From Octopus sinensis (taxonomy: Eukaryota): 64,000 nt of DNA. The notes under the pieces were generated by a model. That model made no database searches. It was not told the origin of the DNA and saw nothing but the letters and a program-made list of their open reading frames with translations. The stretch is taken from contig NC_043001.1 in the NCBI RefSeq assembly GCF_006345805.1, positions 8,556,001 to 8,620,000 on the forward strand. Direction: 5' to 3'. Positions 13,851 through 28,090 of this stretch are shown here, one piece after another (the first letter of the stretch is position 1; the number at the start of each line of letters is the position of its first letter). The position numbers were made by a program, and so were the translations under genes.

Positions 13851-14314
13851 TATGCATGAGATGACATACGTAAAACATACAAATCTACACATACATACAT
13901 ACAAACATACATACCTTCAAAATTAACGTTGTTTATGTTGAAGGAACCGTGAATCTAGTGTAGAAACCTCTTCTTTCTCTCTTGGCAAGAATTCTTGAAA
14001 TAAACTGAATAATGACATACATACATACACAAATACATATGACAAATTTACATTGATATGAATAATGATTGGCGTTTTGAGTAAATGCTTAACGAACAGT
14101 CTCGCTAGGTTTGGATTTTAATAAAAAGAAATCAGCTATTTTGCACATTGCATATACAGCCTGTAAGTGGAGTTGTAAAGTTAAGCAAGACTTGTCTCAA
14201 GTATAAAATGTGACACTGTTTTCATTATCTACGTTCCGGTGATGAAGCTTTCTTTGTTTATTACTACCAAGTCTTTTATCATTGGAAGAATCTAAATGAT
14301 CAGGGGTGGCTATA

Positions 14315-14440
14315 GGCGGAAGAATGGATGTGTGGTAAGTAGCTTGCTCACCAACCATATGGGTCCGAGTTAAATCCCACTGCGTAGCACCTTGGGTAGA
14401 CGGAAACTGAAAGAAGCCCGTCGTATAGGTGTGTGTGTGC
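14315..14440 (+). mobile_element. SINE family C, partial
   Basis: TGTGTGGTAAGTAGCTTGCTCACCAACCA...CCCACTGCGTAGCACCTTGGG head. Confidence 0.75.
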
Positions 14441-16495
14441 AAAAGTGAAATGTACGTCATTGTATTAAGAAATATTTTCATATGTTGTAGGAGAAAATAA
14501 ATCATAATGTTCAGACTGCTTTTGTAATTTGCGAGCAGTGGCCAACAACTCTTATATGGAAGCACTCTAAGTTTCCTTATTACAACATTTTTTTTGATTA
14601 CTCATGATATTAAACATTCCAAATAATTGGAGACAAAGGGAGACCACATTTCCTGAATATGTTGTTATGGTTTCACAATGTAGTTCAAAGACTCACGGCC
14701 ATAGCTATTACAACGTGATTTATGCATCGTGTATAATATTAGAAGCCGAGTTAACTGAATTTCCATCGTGTTATGTTGTTACATCTTTTGTTCCTTCAAC
14801 GTCTAAAATCTTGTTATATCCTGGTGTCGAAAACATTCTGTATGTAATAATTCCAGAGTCCACTCAGCCATGTTAGTGATAATACAGACTGTAGAATTAC
14901 GATATTAGTGGATCAAACAACCTCTCAGAAACCACGAGGAACTGATTTCGATTCTAGAGGCTGGGCAAACACCTTTTCACTTTTAAAGTGCTGGCGGATC
15001 TAGAGTAAAGAACTATTGAAGTTTAGGTTATCTTCTGAAGAATTGATCAACTGGGTAATTGAATATTACGCTTCATTGTCATAGCCACAGTAGAACGGCT
15101 GAGAGAGAGAGAGAGAGAGAGAGAGTAGGGTACGAGAGAGTGAGAGGGGGAACAAGAGAAAGAAAGAGTGAGAGAGAACACGAAATACTTTAGACTTAGA
15201 GTGTAATACATGTTAATGCCAGCAGTCCCAGCGGTCTAAATCGATGTTACAATCATGATGGCAGCTATTCTATTAGCATTAAATCAATAATGCTTCCTAG
15301 GAATTGCATGAATATCGCAACTTCTAATTCCCCATATAATATCTCAGATATTTTGACCGTGTAAAAAAAAAATCAATATTTTGATCCTAGTAATTTAGTG
15401 CAGTGGATTAAACAAAGGGTATATGTAAATATATTAATAGGATGCCGAATTTCCTCACTGCTGTACAGAATGAAAATTTTTTCTCTAATATCACTTAAGA
15501 AGAGCTAGCTTTTAAAGGAAGTTAAGTGTATTAACCTCTTATCTTTGTTGCAGGATTCCCAAGGATTTTCATGGATTCAATAACTTTCTCCATAAAGGCG
15601 TTTTCTTTGTTCATCGTAAGGAATATGATTGCAAATATTTTCAATCGTTAAACTGTCAAACGTTTCTATATCACTTGATAAATATGCAGCTCTGCTGTAT
15701 TGCCAGGCTAGCATTTAGTGACACATGAAACAATAAGAAAGATTTCAAAGGTGAGGCTTGCGTGTTTTTTCATAATAAGTATACATTTTAGGTAACCTGA
15801 AAGCGCATTTATACAAATCTCTTTAAGAATACTAAAAGCAGTTTTTCTTATATCAAACGGCTTTTTCTAATCGAATTATTTCGTGCAGGAAGATGTATTT
15901 TAAAGACAGAAAATGTTACTACACATGATAGTTTGAATACATCCTTCATTATAAAACAAAACAAAAACAAACTTTGTTTTATATCATGTTATGTAGCAAA
16001 GATTGAATTCTCCGATATCTCTCTATTGTATTCACGATAAATAAACCATTAATATTATGTATAATGGAAATAATTATACTATTACAGTATAATTACAGCA
16101 AACTAATTATTCTACTTCTAATAAATCAGCACTGAACAAATCAGTTACATGGAATTATCTGGGTTAAAGACTTGTTTTCTGATATTTTTTTTTTATTTCC
16201 TATCTTAGCATAACCCATTTACTGTTAAAATGTCTAATGCAGCAAACACAATTTTCTGTGGGAACTCGAATATTCATATTGCAACTCGCATACCTTGTCA
16301 TTCTCTAAAATTCTAATATTCTATATGTCGCGTCGTGATTCTATTGATCTGTTTTATTTCTTCTAAGTGTAATATTTTCTGTTTTTAGTCAGCTACATCA
16401 AATGAGTTAAGTTTCATCTTGAAAATGAAACCCAAAGTTTCATTTCCCTTTTCACCGACGATACATTATGTTCAACAATATAATTATGGATAAGA

Positions 16496-17075
16496 AGGCG
16501 GCGAGCGGGGAGAAACGTTAGCACGTTGGGCGAAATGCTTAGCGGTGTTTCGTCTGCCGTTACGTTCTGAGTTCAAATTCTGCCGAAGTCGACTTTGCCT
16601 TTCATCCTTTCGGGGTCGATAAATTAAGTACCTATTTCTTTATTACCCACAAGGGGCTAAAGACAGAGGGGACAAACAAGGACAGACGTAGGTATTAAGT
16701 CGATTACATCGACCCCAGTGCGTAACTGGTACTTAATTCATCGACCCCGAAAGGATGAAAGGCAAAGTCGACCACGGCGGAATTTGAACTCAGAACGTAA
16801 CGGCAGACGAAACACCGCTAAGCAGTTACGCACTGGGGTCGATGTAATCGACTTAATCCGTTTGTCAGTCCTTGTTTGTCCTATCTGTGTTTAGCCCCTA
16901 GTGGGTAATAAAGAAATAGGTATTTCATCTGTCGTTACGTTCCGAGTTCAAATAACGGGAGGTCGACTTTGCCTTTCATCCTTCGGGGTCGATAAATTAA
17001 GTGCCACTTATGTACTGGGGTCGCTCTAATCGACATGAACCTCCCCAAAATCTTTGGGTCTGGCGCCTAGAGTAG
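16496..17075. mobile_element. Cluster of family A (Nin/Deu-core-like) SINEs: + copy split by an inverted copy, plus a tandem headless unit
   Basis: + 16496-16632, - 16631-16804, + 16805-16920, + 16921-17075. Core GTCGACTTTGCCTTTCATCCTTTCGGGGTCGATAAATTAAGTACC. Confidence 0.88.
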
Positions 17076-20000
17076 AAAAAAATATTAATATGGATAAGAT
17101 CTTTGTAAAATGTCTGCTACACAGTTTGTATATAAAGGACCACATCCTTATAACAAGTGATATTTTCAAGAGAAAGAAAATATAAAAGAGCAATGAATCA
17201 GGTTATTTGCATAATTGTGAGGCCAGAATATCATTAAATTATTTGGGACACATGATAATTACTATGACTTTTGTGTTCGTGTGTTTACTTAAATGTTAAA
17301 CACTGTCATTATTGCTTATTCAGTGGAACCCATTCTTTTGTTTTTCTTCATGTACCAGCACATTTAACATCCTCAGCGATTCCATTGTTGAAATAGAAAT
17401 ATGAGAAAACAAGCATTTATTTACCGCAAACGTTTAAATGATTTCTTTTTGTTACGATGGAGACGGAAGGGGTAACTAGTCAATCATAAATATTTTGAGA
17501 TATTAGATATTTCTCAATGTATGTGTATGAACAGAAAAGCTTCAAGCACTCATAATACAATAGGCTGTTGTTATTCCAGCCGAAGTGATCTCATCCAATA
17601 CCTCGAGTGTGTCCTTTATTAAAAAAAATGTGGGATTCGTTTTGAGAAAGGATCTCATGCGAACACAGATTCAATGCATAACAGTATGTTCCTAGGTCAA
17701 TATCTCTAAATGTTTTTTTATTCACAAAGCAACTTTGTATAGCAATAACAAAATATTACGAACAATAATTCTTGTTTTGCTTCGGGTCAATTCTGATCGA
17801 ATGAAATATCTATGACCAAAATATTTGTTATTAATTTATTATCTCACCATGTTGTTTTAGAGTTACAATGGATTGAATTATCTAATATGATTACATTCCG
17901 AAATAACATTGTTTTATTTGAGGGAGATTCATTGCTATTTCCATCAGAATGGGGAGTCATAGAGAGGTTACGTTTCGTTCTTTTTTATTACTAAAGTAAA
18001 CAAATCGGGAAAACGTACGTAAATTAAGCCGTTAATATATTTATTCCTAATAGAAGATTGTAAAACATAATTATCAAGAAGGAGTTTTCTAGCGTATGAA
18101 TGTTTCCAGGGCCTAAAGATTTGATGGAAGGAAGGGACAATCACGCTATGTCGAAATGAAGATGCTCCGTCGTGTGGCTGAATATACCTACTACTTTAAA
18201 CATGAACAACTCTGTCGAGAAACATTCATTTATCTTTAGTCAAACAAACGTTTCAGAAAAATAGTTGGTCGACCTGCAGCTAGAATAAATATAATTTTTG
18301 AGCAAACTGCCATCGAACATTGTTTAAATTACTTTCGGAATGAAATTCTAAAACGCACAATTACGGGAGAACAAATTAAATTATATGAAGTCTAATATAA
18401 GACTATTTCATTCTGCATACAATATTCTTTATGGCGAAAGCCTACTGGTAATTTCTGCATGCCGCCATTACGTTCCGTACCTGTCCTAAAGAAAACCAGT
18501 TTAATGTTCCTTCATATTTTTTCATATCATTTTTTACCATTTTATACCAAGTATACATTTCAGACTAATCCAATAATGTTTCTTTATTTTCTTACACTCT
18601 GTAATATAAAGCAAAGCTACTGTTACTGTCACGATGATGAAGATGTAAAAGATTATGCTCTGAAAATTTTATTAACAATGCGAGGATGTACATCATCAAT
18701 AATTATATCAATCTTGTATACAAGACATTTAACGGTCTTTCTGAGTTTTTTTTATTTTTTATTTTCTTATTTACTTCGCAGCAGTTTCGAACGAGAAGAC
18801 AGCACTAATTTTATATTTTATGTCTTTTACTACATATTGTGTATATCATCCTAATTCCCTTTAATGTATCGAAGTATATTTGCAAGGAGAAAATTCTTTG
18901 AAAATTATATTTACATCTTTCTGCCTTGAAAATAACTTACGCGCGCGCGTGTGTCTATCTTTGGCTAATTGCTATATTTTCACCAATGATTGCCGCTTCT
19001 TTCTATTTCCGCGTTGTCAATAGCATTTCTGACTTTCCTCTCATATTCTCTCAGATAATTCCTTTCAGGTGATTATGGTCTAAAGCGCAGGTGAGAAATG
19101 GAGGTTTCAAGGTATTGTGCGCTTGAAACTAGTTAGGTCTACACATGTCACCACTCTTCCAACGCTATAGGTCTTTAAACATATAGAATGACAAATGAGG
19201 CTACCATACACAGACACCTGTGTTTCATTGGATTGTCATGGTAAGCGCTTGTACAACACGAGTACTACTCTCTGTGTCATAGTGATTAATAGCTATTGTC
19301 AGGCCGAAGTGAGATGATAATTAATGATATGAAAGGTTGTACATCAACATCCCTTTCCAAGAAGAATGTTGCACCAACAGCTAGCAGTCCCTCACTCCCA
19401 GAGAGTTTTCTGTGAGCTCTGATATTAACCAAATATACTTTTGCGTCCCAAACCTCTGATGGAATGTCTTGGGTATGACTTCAATTGGCATCCCGCAGTT
19501 CATCGCTGGTTCAGGACTTCCACTTTTAGCTGCTATTTCTACCTGGGCCCCTCGGACTCTAAGCAGTAGCACTTGACAGAATGTCAGCTTAGGACTAACT
19601 AACGTATATATTATTTATATATACAGACAGGCATACATATGTATATATGTGCATGAACGATATAAATGTATAAATACAAATAACGACATATACATATAGA
19701 TATAATGAGAGAGATGTTGGAAAATGTGTAGAATAATGATATTCATTTATAATATTCATAGAGAAATACGAATGCTGGCAACGAGGAGATGCATCTGCCT
19801 TTCTGATCAGTCGGTGTGTCCTTCAAGAAGGAAAATGTGTGGAATTGGCTCAAGTGTCAGAACGTGCAAGAAATGACGAAAACAACTGCATCTAAAGTTC
19901 GAACTGATGATTCAAAGACTATGCATTTTATGTACTTTTAATCTGACTATATTCTCTATTCTCTTTCAAATTAGCTTAAGGTGATCCAGCCTTTTATCCT

Positions 20001-20082
20001 GAGGAACTAACTGACTGCATTCTCGACAGTCAATGAATACTGGTGATAGACTAAATCGAATATAATGCATTAATCTATGCAC

Positions 20083-20462
20083 GGAGGCGCAATGGCCCAG
20101 TGGTTAGGGCAGCGGACTCGCGGTCATAGGATCGCGGTTTCGATTCCCAGACCTGGCGTTGTGAGTGTTTATTGAGCGAAAGCACCTAAAGCTCAACGAG
20201 GCTCCGGCAGGGGATGGTGATGATCCCTGCTGTACTCTTTCACCACAATTTTCTCTCACTCTTACTTCCTGTTTCTGTTGTACCTGTATTTCAAAGGGGC
20301 CGGCCTTGTCACTCTCTGTGTCACGCTGAATATCCCCGAGAAGTACGTTATGGGTGCACGTGTCTGTGGGGTGCTCAGCCACTTACACGTTAATTTCACG
20401 AGCAGGCTGTTCCGCTGATTCGGATCAACCGGAACCCTCATCGTCGTAACCGACGGAGTGCT
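20083..20462 (+). mobile_element. SINE family B (tRNA-derived GGAGGCGCAATGGCCCAGTGGTTAGG head), full length
   Basis: A-box TGGCCCAGTGG and B-box-like GGTTTCGATTCCC. Near-identical in reverse to 37053-37442. Confidence 0.9.
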
Positions 20463-21125
20463 AAGAAGAGAATCTATGTACATCACATATTCATCTAAAG
20501 ATGGGTTATCATCCGTATCATACAGAATGGAATATCACGCTTAAGGGAGGAAATCGTTATGATAACAATGGGAATTTAGACATGTTATGTGCTTAAGAAT
20601 AATTTTCGAACGACAGTCTGAAGTGATAACGTTCGTTAAACTTAATCGTATCCTTCAGCCATTTTAACGATATAAGCCTTGTGTGTTTCATTCTAAGGGA
20701 GGTTTTAAACTTTAAACAGGAATTCCTACTACCAGATATTGTGGTCTTCCCTTTATGGTAGGCTTAACTTTTGCTGTTTACGATTCTCCTAACAACGTAT
20801 AAGTTCGGCAAAATGTTACTAAGAAGTAAAACACCTCATTTACCTGATATCGAACTGACGATCTCCATTTAGGTCCTTGGAAGCCATAAGAGTGGAATTT
20901 TTTCCGGGATTAATCACTCTCACTTGGCACCATCAAATGAAGTTACAATTTTGTATTTGATCACGCACTTTTTGCCTATGACACAACAGCTAATAATGAT
21001 ATTTAGTAACATAAAATCATGCGCCATTTTCACTGCTACTGCAACATATATCAGTGTTATAATCTTATCGTCATATCGTCGAAAGTTCCAATAAACAGAT
21101 TAGACCATTAAATCATTTTCCTTCG

Positions 21126-21198
<73 letters not shown>

Positions 21199-21226
21199 CG
21201 TGTGTATGTATGTATTTATGTATGTA

Positions 21227-21270
<44 letters not shown>

Positions 21271-21305
21271 TATATATTATATATTATATATTATATTATA
21301 TATAT

Positions 21306-21345
<40 letters not shown>

Positions 21346-22129
21346 TGTCTTCATTTTGAGAGATATCAACCGTGATTCCCATCTAATAACATTAATTAGT
21401 TATCTTATCCAATCGATAATTCCTGCACATTGAACGACTTAATAACTTCACAGTAACCGAGATATTGACTCTGGCTTTAATTTCGCTAGAGTGTGCAAAA
21501 CAGAAAACTATGTTTTACCGACATCACCAACACCTTACGCTATTCTCTATCTGATAACCAAAAAAGATGCTACACCCAGATAATATATGGTTGACCAGAT
21601 GTGCTTTCCTTAAAACTGCATGTGAACAAATGGAAATTTCAACCGGTTATCACCAGACTGTTAGCAGAGCCTGATCAATTTTGCGAGGCTTTTGCAGGCC
21701 TCAGGGCTACAATTTGTATTTTTTCTAGCTGCCACAATCAAGAGAAGAAACAACTTCCTTCCATTCCAACTCTGTAATAAATGTCCACTTATTTACAGAA
21801 ATCTAAATAGTTTCTTTCTTTCCGTTTAATCTTTGATAGAAAAAATTCCAAGTATATGCTATTGATAAGAAAATCAAACCATTCAATGTTACAGAAATCC
21901 TGTTTTCAACTACAAAAGTTTCTCGGCCCAATAAAAACCAAATTATGCATAAATATAGTGCTAATGTTTCCAACAGGAGAGTCACCAATCTCAACCTCGG
22001 ATATAAACTAGAGCATAAGAGATTTCAGGCGTTCCGTAATAGATACAACGAAACCAATGTTTTAACTTTCAGTCGAACAAGTCTTGTATTTGGGAAAGAA
22101 AAATTTATTCGTTATAACTTTTTTCAATG

Positions 22130-22960
22130 TAATACTTACTTGCATACAACTTCAGGCAAGTTTTGGCCGAAGTTGGCTCATGCTATCTCAAATTTAATAG
22201 CACCACCTGGAGGAGATACACAGTCAGCTCTTGGGCCCCATAGCCCATTTGAGCAGAAAGTTGTTTCAGAGACATATTCGGGTGTGGGTGGTTTGCGTGC
22301 TATTTGTTGGAGGTAATCATATTATCTAAGGAGTGCCATGGAATAACTTTCCTCTTTTGTGTGGGCTGGCACGATGTTGAAGAGAGCACGGCCAGGTTAG
22401 ACGAAATAGTGCTGTCGTAGTGTCGAGGTACAACCACGAATATCATTTCAGTAATGGACGAATCGCACGGGGACCAAGCCCCGGATGAGTTTTAGTGATG
22501 ATAGCTATATTATTTGAGCAATATTGTTGGGATATTTTCCACATCATACAGATGATATAGCGCACACGGCGGCATAGCAGGGTGTAAAGCCAGGTCTTTT
22601 TTACTCGATCCTAATAGTCAATGTCATCTATTGTTTTGTGATTGATCTCTGGAGAGCGTCAATTTTCATAATATTCTCTATCGTGTGGTGGGGTGGGAAG
22701 CCACAGCGGACAGCACTTTTGAAGGTGAGGGAGATCAAAAGCAGAAAAATGTATAATAATCAGAGGGGCATCTCTAGACCGGAAAATCCTGAGGATCCAG
22801 GAGCCCACCCTGCGAGCCATGTCAAGTTTGTTGTCTGTGTGAGCACTCCAGCCTATTTTGTAACACCCAGGTCTCTTGTAGTGATAGATGCAACGAGGGC
22901 TTCGCCCGAGGGAAGAGTGTCTGGTTGTTAGAATGCATGGATTACGTTGAACTTTTTCTC
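22130..22960 (-). mobile_element. CR1-group LINE RT C-terminal fragment, degenerate
   Basis: Minus-strand frames give TRDLGV, SWILRIFRSRDAPLII, IDALQRSITK and LYTLLCRRVRYIICMMWKI, matching CR1 ORF2 motifs (DLGV; IE.VQR.FTK; LYSL.RRR.R...WKI). Confidence 0.78.
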
Positions 22961-25574
22961 GTTTAGCTGCATGTTATGTTTCTCCGCCCATTGGATAACA
23001 GTTAACAGATGATAAGTTAATAAAATACATTATCTCACTGATGTATATGTAACAGTCACACAAAAAAGAATTTTCGTATTAAGAATATTTTCGTATTAAG
23101 TATCTTAGTAACGAGTTAGAAAGGAAAGGAATTCATGTTTGTAACAATTCATATGTAACTTTCTCCGGTGATGGAATATTTGATAATAACTCATGTTATA
23201 TAAAGTAAATGATTATTTTTTCTAAGAATCCAATCCATCGTAATAAGTGAGCTACGAATCAAAATTCTGAATAATGAAAACTTCACATTTTCTTTACTGG
23301 TATTCTTAATATAATTTTTCTCTCTTTATGTATTGAGTTTCAGCTCAATTAATAAAGACTACAAAAATATCTACTTCCTTGTATATTATATGAATTTATT
23401 TTCTAGTGTTCTGTTGTTTAACTTCACGTTACGTTTCAATATAATCATAACTTCATATCTGTTTATAGAAAGTTTTGCTAAGAAGCTTTGCACGAACAAC
23501 GTAGTTTCATTACATTAACGAGTTAATTCTCTATTATCATTATAACGTATAATTTTTTAAGCTGATTTTTCAATTAACTTTCTGTTCTTATCATTCGTTA
23601 TTAAAATTCGTTCTCTAAAGAAATAATTTTACAAGCAAATAACCAGTGACTCATCTTCAGATACTAGAATCCTCTTATAATTTTTTTGTATCCAGAAGGT
23701 TTTATTCAGAATGAAAAATAATTAGTGTTAAAGAATTGTAGTTTATAAAATTTCAGCAGATGAAGGAAATGGACAAAATTGAGTGTGGGTAACATACACA
23801 AACAGTTTACAGGAATTTCACTAAAATTGCCTTGTTTTTCTCTCCACTGAAAATCACTGTTCATAATTTACACTTCCTGGTATAAATTTAATAGAGTAGA
23901 TGATATAAGAGTGTTTGTGTTGCATCCTGTCAGTTGAAATATCGTTCAATATTATCTTTACTATGAATTTGATGTTATCATTTGGAACTCGCAAATTTCT
24001 TTGTTTACAGTGGTATTACTATAATTTATATCTGCGTGTCTCAATTAAGATTATTATAATAGCGATCAGGCATATGGTAATGAGAGAAGTAGCGATCGAA
24101 TTGTTCCATTCGATTCTTAGATGTGTAAGTCTGTTCTTAGCTACAGTAGCGACAACGTAAATATCTTCCATGTTTTTGATCTGTTAAAATATGTGAGAAA
24201 AATTATATTAATATGTCCTACGTGTTAAAATTCCATTTATTTATCAGTGCAGCTGAAGATGGCATTATGTTTCAGCTGGTGTAATGATTGCATTGTTCAA
24301 TTAAATGGGGCCGCTTGATGCGGTCGTACTGCATCACTACTTGATATCCTGTTGCTTATTTTGATTTTATATATGTGTGCGTGTGCGTGCGTGCGTGCGA
24401 TGCGTATATATATAAATATGCTCATCAAATGCAATGTATAGGACGAAGATGCCATTGGACAAAGAAAATTCAGTTTATAAATTTTATTACCAATTCATCA
24501 TCAAAAAATCTGAGATCCCATCATTAGACAAATTCTGCCTTTGGAACATCTGGACATATGCGCGAAAACCAAATCTGTACAATTACTTGTTTTTCCACTT
24601 TATGAATATGCGGATAATACTACAAATTAAATAAAAAAAATTCTATTATTATAAAAATAGAAGCCACTTCTGAACGGGCTATAAAAGTAAGAGCAATATG
24701 CGATTCGCTTTTAACTGATTATTGTAGAAGTATTTATTCAAAAATATATTCTGTTATATCTTATTTCGCTTGTTATGAGAAATCCAAGACTCAAATAGTA
24801 GCTAATAGCTAACGACTTTACTCCACATCTGCCCAGAACTCGATGACAGATAACATATACGTTTCATCATGTTCAATAGGAGTAAACTAATATTAACTAG
24901 TAACTTACTTCCAGAGAGTTATCTATAATACCACAAACAAGGCAGTTAATTCTGAAACCTCTACAATGACGCAGGAAGTAACTCGACGGAAAAATAATGA
25001 TGAGTGGTAACAAACATTACTTATCCATAATACTTTTATGTAAACACTTATTTATTTTTATTAAAAGCAGCTTTCAATATTTATTATTCAAGGAATAAAA
25101 CGAGAGAGAAAACAATGTAAAAGAAATATAACACATATATCTCCTTTTCCTGATTATCATATGGCATATTCTATATAGAAAAATTATTATATGACCGCCA
25201 TTTCACTATTGTCACATGTGCTTAACACATGAACGTTAACCGATCAATTTGTACGTTAACACTGAGTACCACATTCTTATGTTTAAAACCAACATACGTT
25301 TTCTGACAACGGCCAGATAAGATATAATTCGCGACATAACTCCCTAAACTACAAGGAATTTTGAAAATCTATGGTGAAACCGGCCAAGTGTATTCCTTTA
25401 GTATAAAATATAAGGAAATCTTTAAACCTAAAAGATTCTTCGTGCATTTCAACTTCACTTCACATATAAACATATGCATGTGCGTGTATGTGCCTGTGGG
25501 TGTATATATACATACACACAACCAAACAACACACACATACATAAATATATACAGTTGTCTTCGAGAAGAGGACC

Positions 25575-25700
25575 TCAGCTAAATGATAAATACACCAGAG
25601 TATTAGTATTTGCAAGAAACAGTCTTTTTTTCTGAAACCAACAAACACACACACACTCACACACACACACATACGCATATATATATATATATTATATATA

Positions 25701-25741
<41 letters not shown>

Positions 25742-25839
25742 TATGTGTGTGTGTGTGAGTGTGTGTGTGTTTGTTGGTTTCAGAAAAAAAGACTGTTTCT
25801 TGCAAATACTAATACTCTGGTGTATTTATCATTTAGCTG

Positions 25840-25840
<1 letters not shown>
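25575..25840. repeat. Perfect ~100-bp-arm palindrome centred on a (TA)n tract
   Basis: TCAGCTAAATGATAAATACACCAGAG...CACACATACGCATAT on the left and its exact reverse complement on the right. Confidence 0.92.
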
Positions 25841-25872
<32 letters not shown>

Positions 25873-25889
25873 CATAATAATCAACATTT

Positions 25890-27060
25890 AGAGTCCTTGG
25901 ACGATTTGACCTGGGTTGGTGAGGTGAGGGTCTGCACCATACCCCAGTCTGATTTATTATGGTTTCTACGGCTAGATATCGCCAACCACTCCGAGTGTGT
26001 AACGGGTGCTTATATGCGCCAGCGACACAGGTGCCTGCTGCGTGACACCAGTAACTTCCAGGACTATGATTTCACTTGGATTGATATTCGGCTGAAGCAC
26101 ATCATATCGCCAAATGTCTCGGTCATATCCCATTGCCTGCGTGAGGCCCAACGCTCAAAAGAAATCGCTTACGTGCCACCGGCACGGGTGCTAATTACTT
26201 GAGATTGGCATCGGCTAGGACTACGATTCCACTTAGCTTGACGGTTCTTCTCAATCACACACATCGGCAAATGTTCGCGTCGCTAGTTATTGCCTCCGTG
26301 AGGCCCAACGTTCGAAAATCCTGCTTCGCCACCTCATCCCATATATTTCTGGGTCTACCACTTCCACAAATTTCACCGCACAGTTAGAGATCGGCATGTC
26401 TTTACACAGATGTCCTTGTTCATACGCAACATATGACCATACCAGCGTAATCGTATCACTGGCATGCCATATCTGATGCCTCTTATGCCCAACCTTTCTC
26501 TAAAGACCCTTCCACTCTGACACCGCCTCCAGCGAAGCGAGTTAGCTTCATTTCCTACATGCCTACGTATGTCCTCGGAGGTCGTATCCAATGTATCACT
26601 TCCGTGTAACATAGCTGTACGCACACAGGTGTCATACAGTTTGCCCTTCAATTTGAAGCACAGGCACTTTGTTGCCAACAGAGATAGAGCTCTCTGAACT
26701 TTGCCCAGCCTATTCTTATTGTCGTAGCTACGCTCCCGAAGCATCGACCTCCGCTACCGTTGGAAGCTATCAACTAACTCCAAATTACCCTCATCCCGCC
26801 CCGGCATTTGATGGAATCTATTTTCTGTACACATTTAGTTTTTGTTCTCCCTATGTACCTTCGACACATTGACCAATGTAATCTACCTGAAGGCATTTAT
26901 GACTTCTTTGCTTTCCTACTCACGAAGAATTTGGTTTATGCTAGGTTAAGCCTAATTGTTCTTTGACTCTAAATCTTGTTTCCACACCTGAAATTTCTTC
27001 AATAGTTATATTAGTGATTCAGCCATAAAAAGAAACTCTAGACACGACACCCTGTTGGGT
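25890..27060 (-). mobile_element. RTE-clade LINE 3' portion, degenerate
   Basis: KGKLYDTCVRTAMLHGSDT...RERLGIRGIRYG..IRLRWYGHMLRM (ORF 26373-26744) is an RTE RT C-terminus. The 3'UTR lies to its left. Confidence 0.85.
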
Positions 27061-28090
27061 GACCAAGTAATATATATACATATTTAATATATGTATTTAT
27101 TTTAAAACATTAATGCCATGGATATATTTCTTAATCTCTTTGGCAATTTAGCCAAAAAGTTTTTTTCTTTTCATTTTATTATTGTTTAAACAAAATTATA
27201 TTTTGTATAAAGAATTTGGAAAGTACCTTATGTGAGAAATGTATATTTACTACATACATAATTCAGTAAATTAAGCTGAGTTCATTATTGAAATCTACCC
27301 ATGGTGAACAGATTTTTTTTTTTTTTTGCTTCAGAACCGCTTTTAATTTACATATATCACTGATTTTCTATGTATAACATAACCCTGCTCTTCTTTTCTC
27401 TCTGCTCAGGATATCGAATCATCTATTACTTTAGAAACACAAGAATACATGAACTAAACGTTTCTTTAACACACACATATTTTGTTTAATATACCAGAAA
27501 AGATTCGATTTTTAGTGTCATTTATTTAAGCTGTTCGTTAATTTTAATGTTTCTGATTTACAATCAGCTTTCAGCTGATTCTCCGGTATTTCACTCTTCC
27601 TAGTTTTCGCTGGTTTAATTGTCTCTTAATTCTTTTGAATATTGCTTTAATTCTGCTTTTATTTATAGTTTTCCCTGCTTTAGCTATTTCCTGCTGTCCA
27701 CGGTAAATATAAATTTTTCCTTAATATTATTTATACAAAAACTGAATGAATATAAGACAAATTGTTTGTGGACTTCAACTGTAGGAAATCTAAGAGAAAT
27801 AATTTAATCAGGACTTAGGAAATAATCTTCTAGAGATTAGATCCGTTGTTGATGTAGTTTAAAATTTGAGTCCGTTTCTAATGCAGTTAGTAAAAAGAAT
27901 TGTTCAGTTTGAAGATATCTGTCGCTCCAGTATATCAGTTTGTTCGTAATTACATACGTCATCTCTCATTACGACGGTAACACCGCAAATCAAAGCAACG
28001 TCCATTTTAGTCATTATTTAGGAATAAGACTGTGAGTGAGCCCACACTCTCAAATTAGATTGAAGTAAATTTTATTAGATTGATTGTTCC

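Noticed and set aside
20083-20155. tRNA-like sequences here and at 37370-37442, 45724 and 28310-28383
   Set aside because: They continue into SINE bodies and lack a clean cloverleaf, so they are SINE heads and not tRNA genes.
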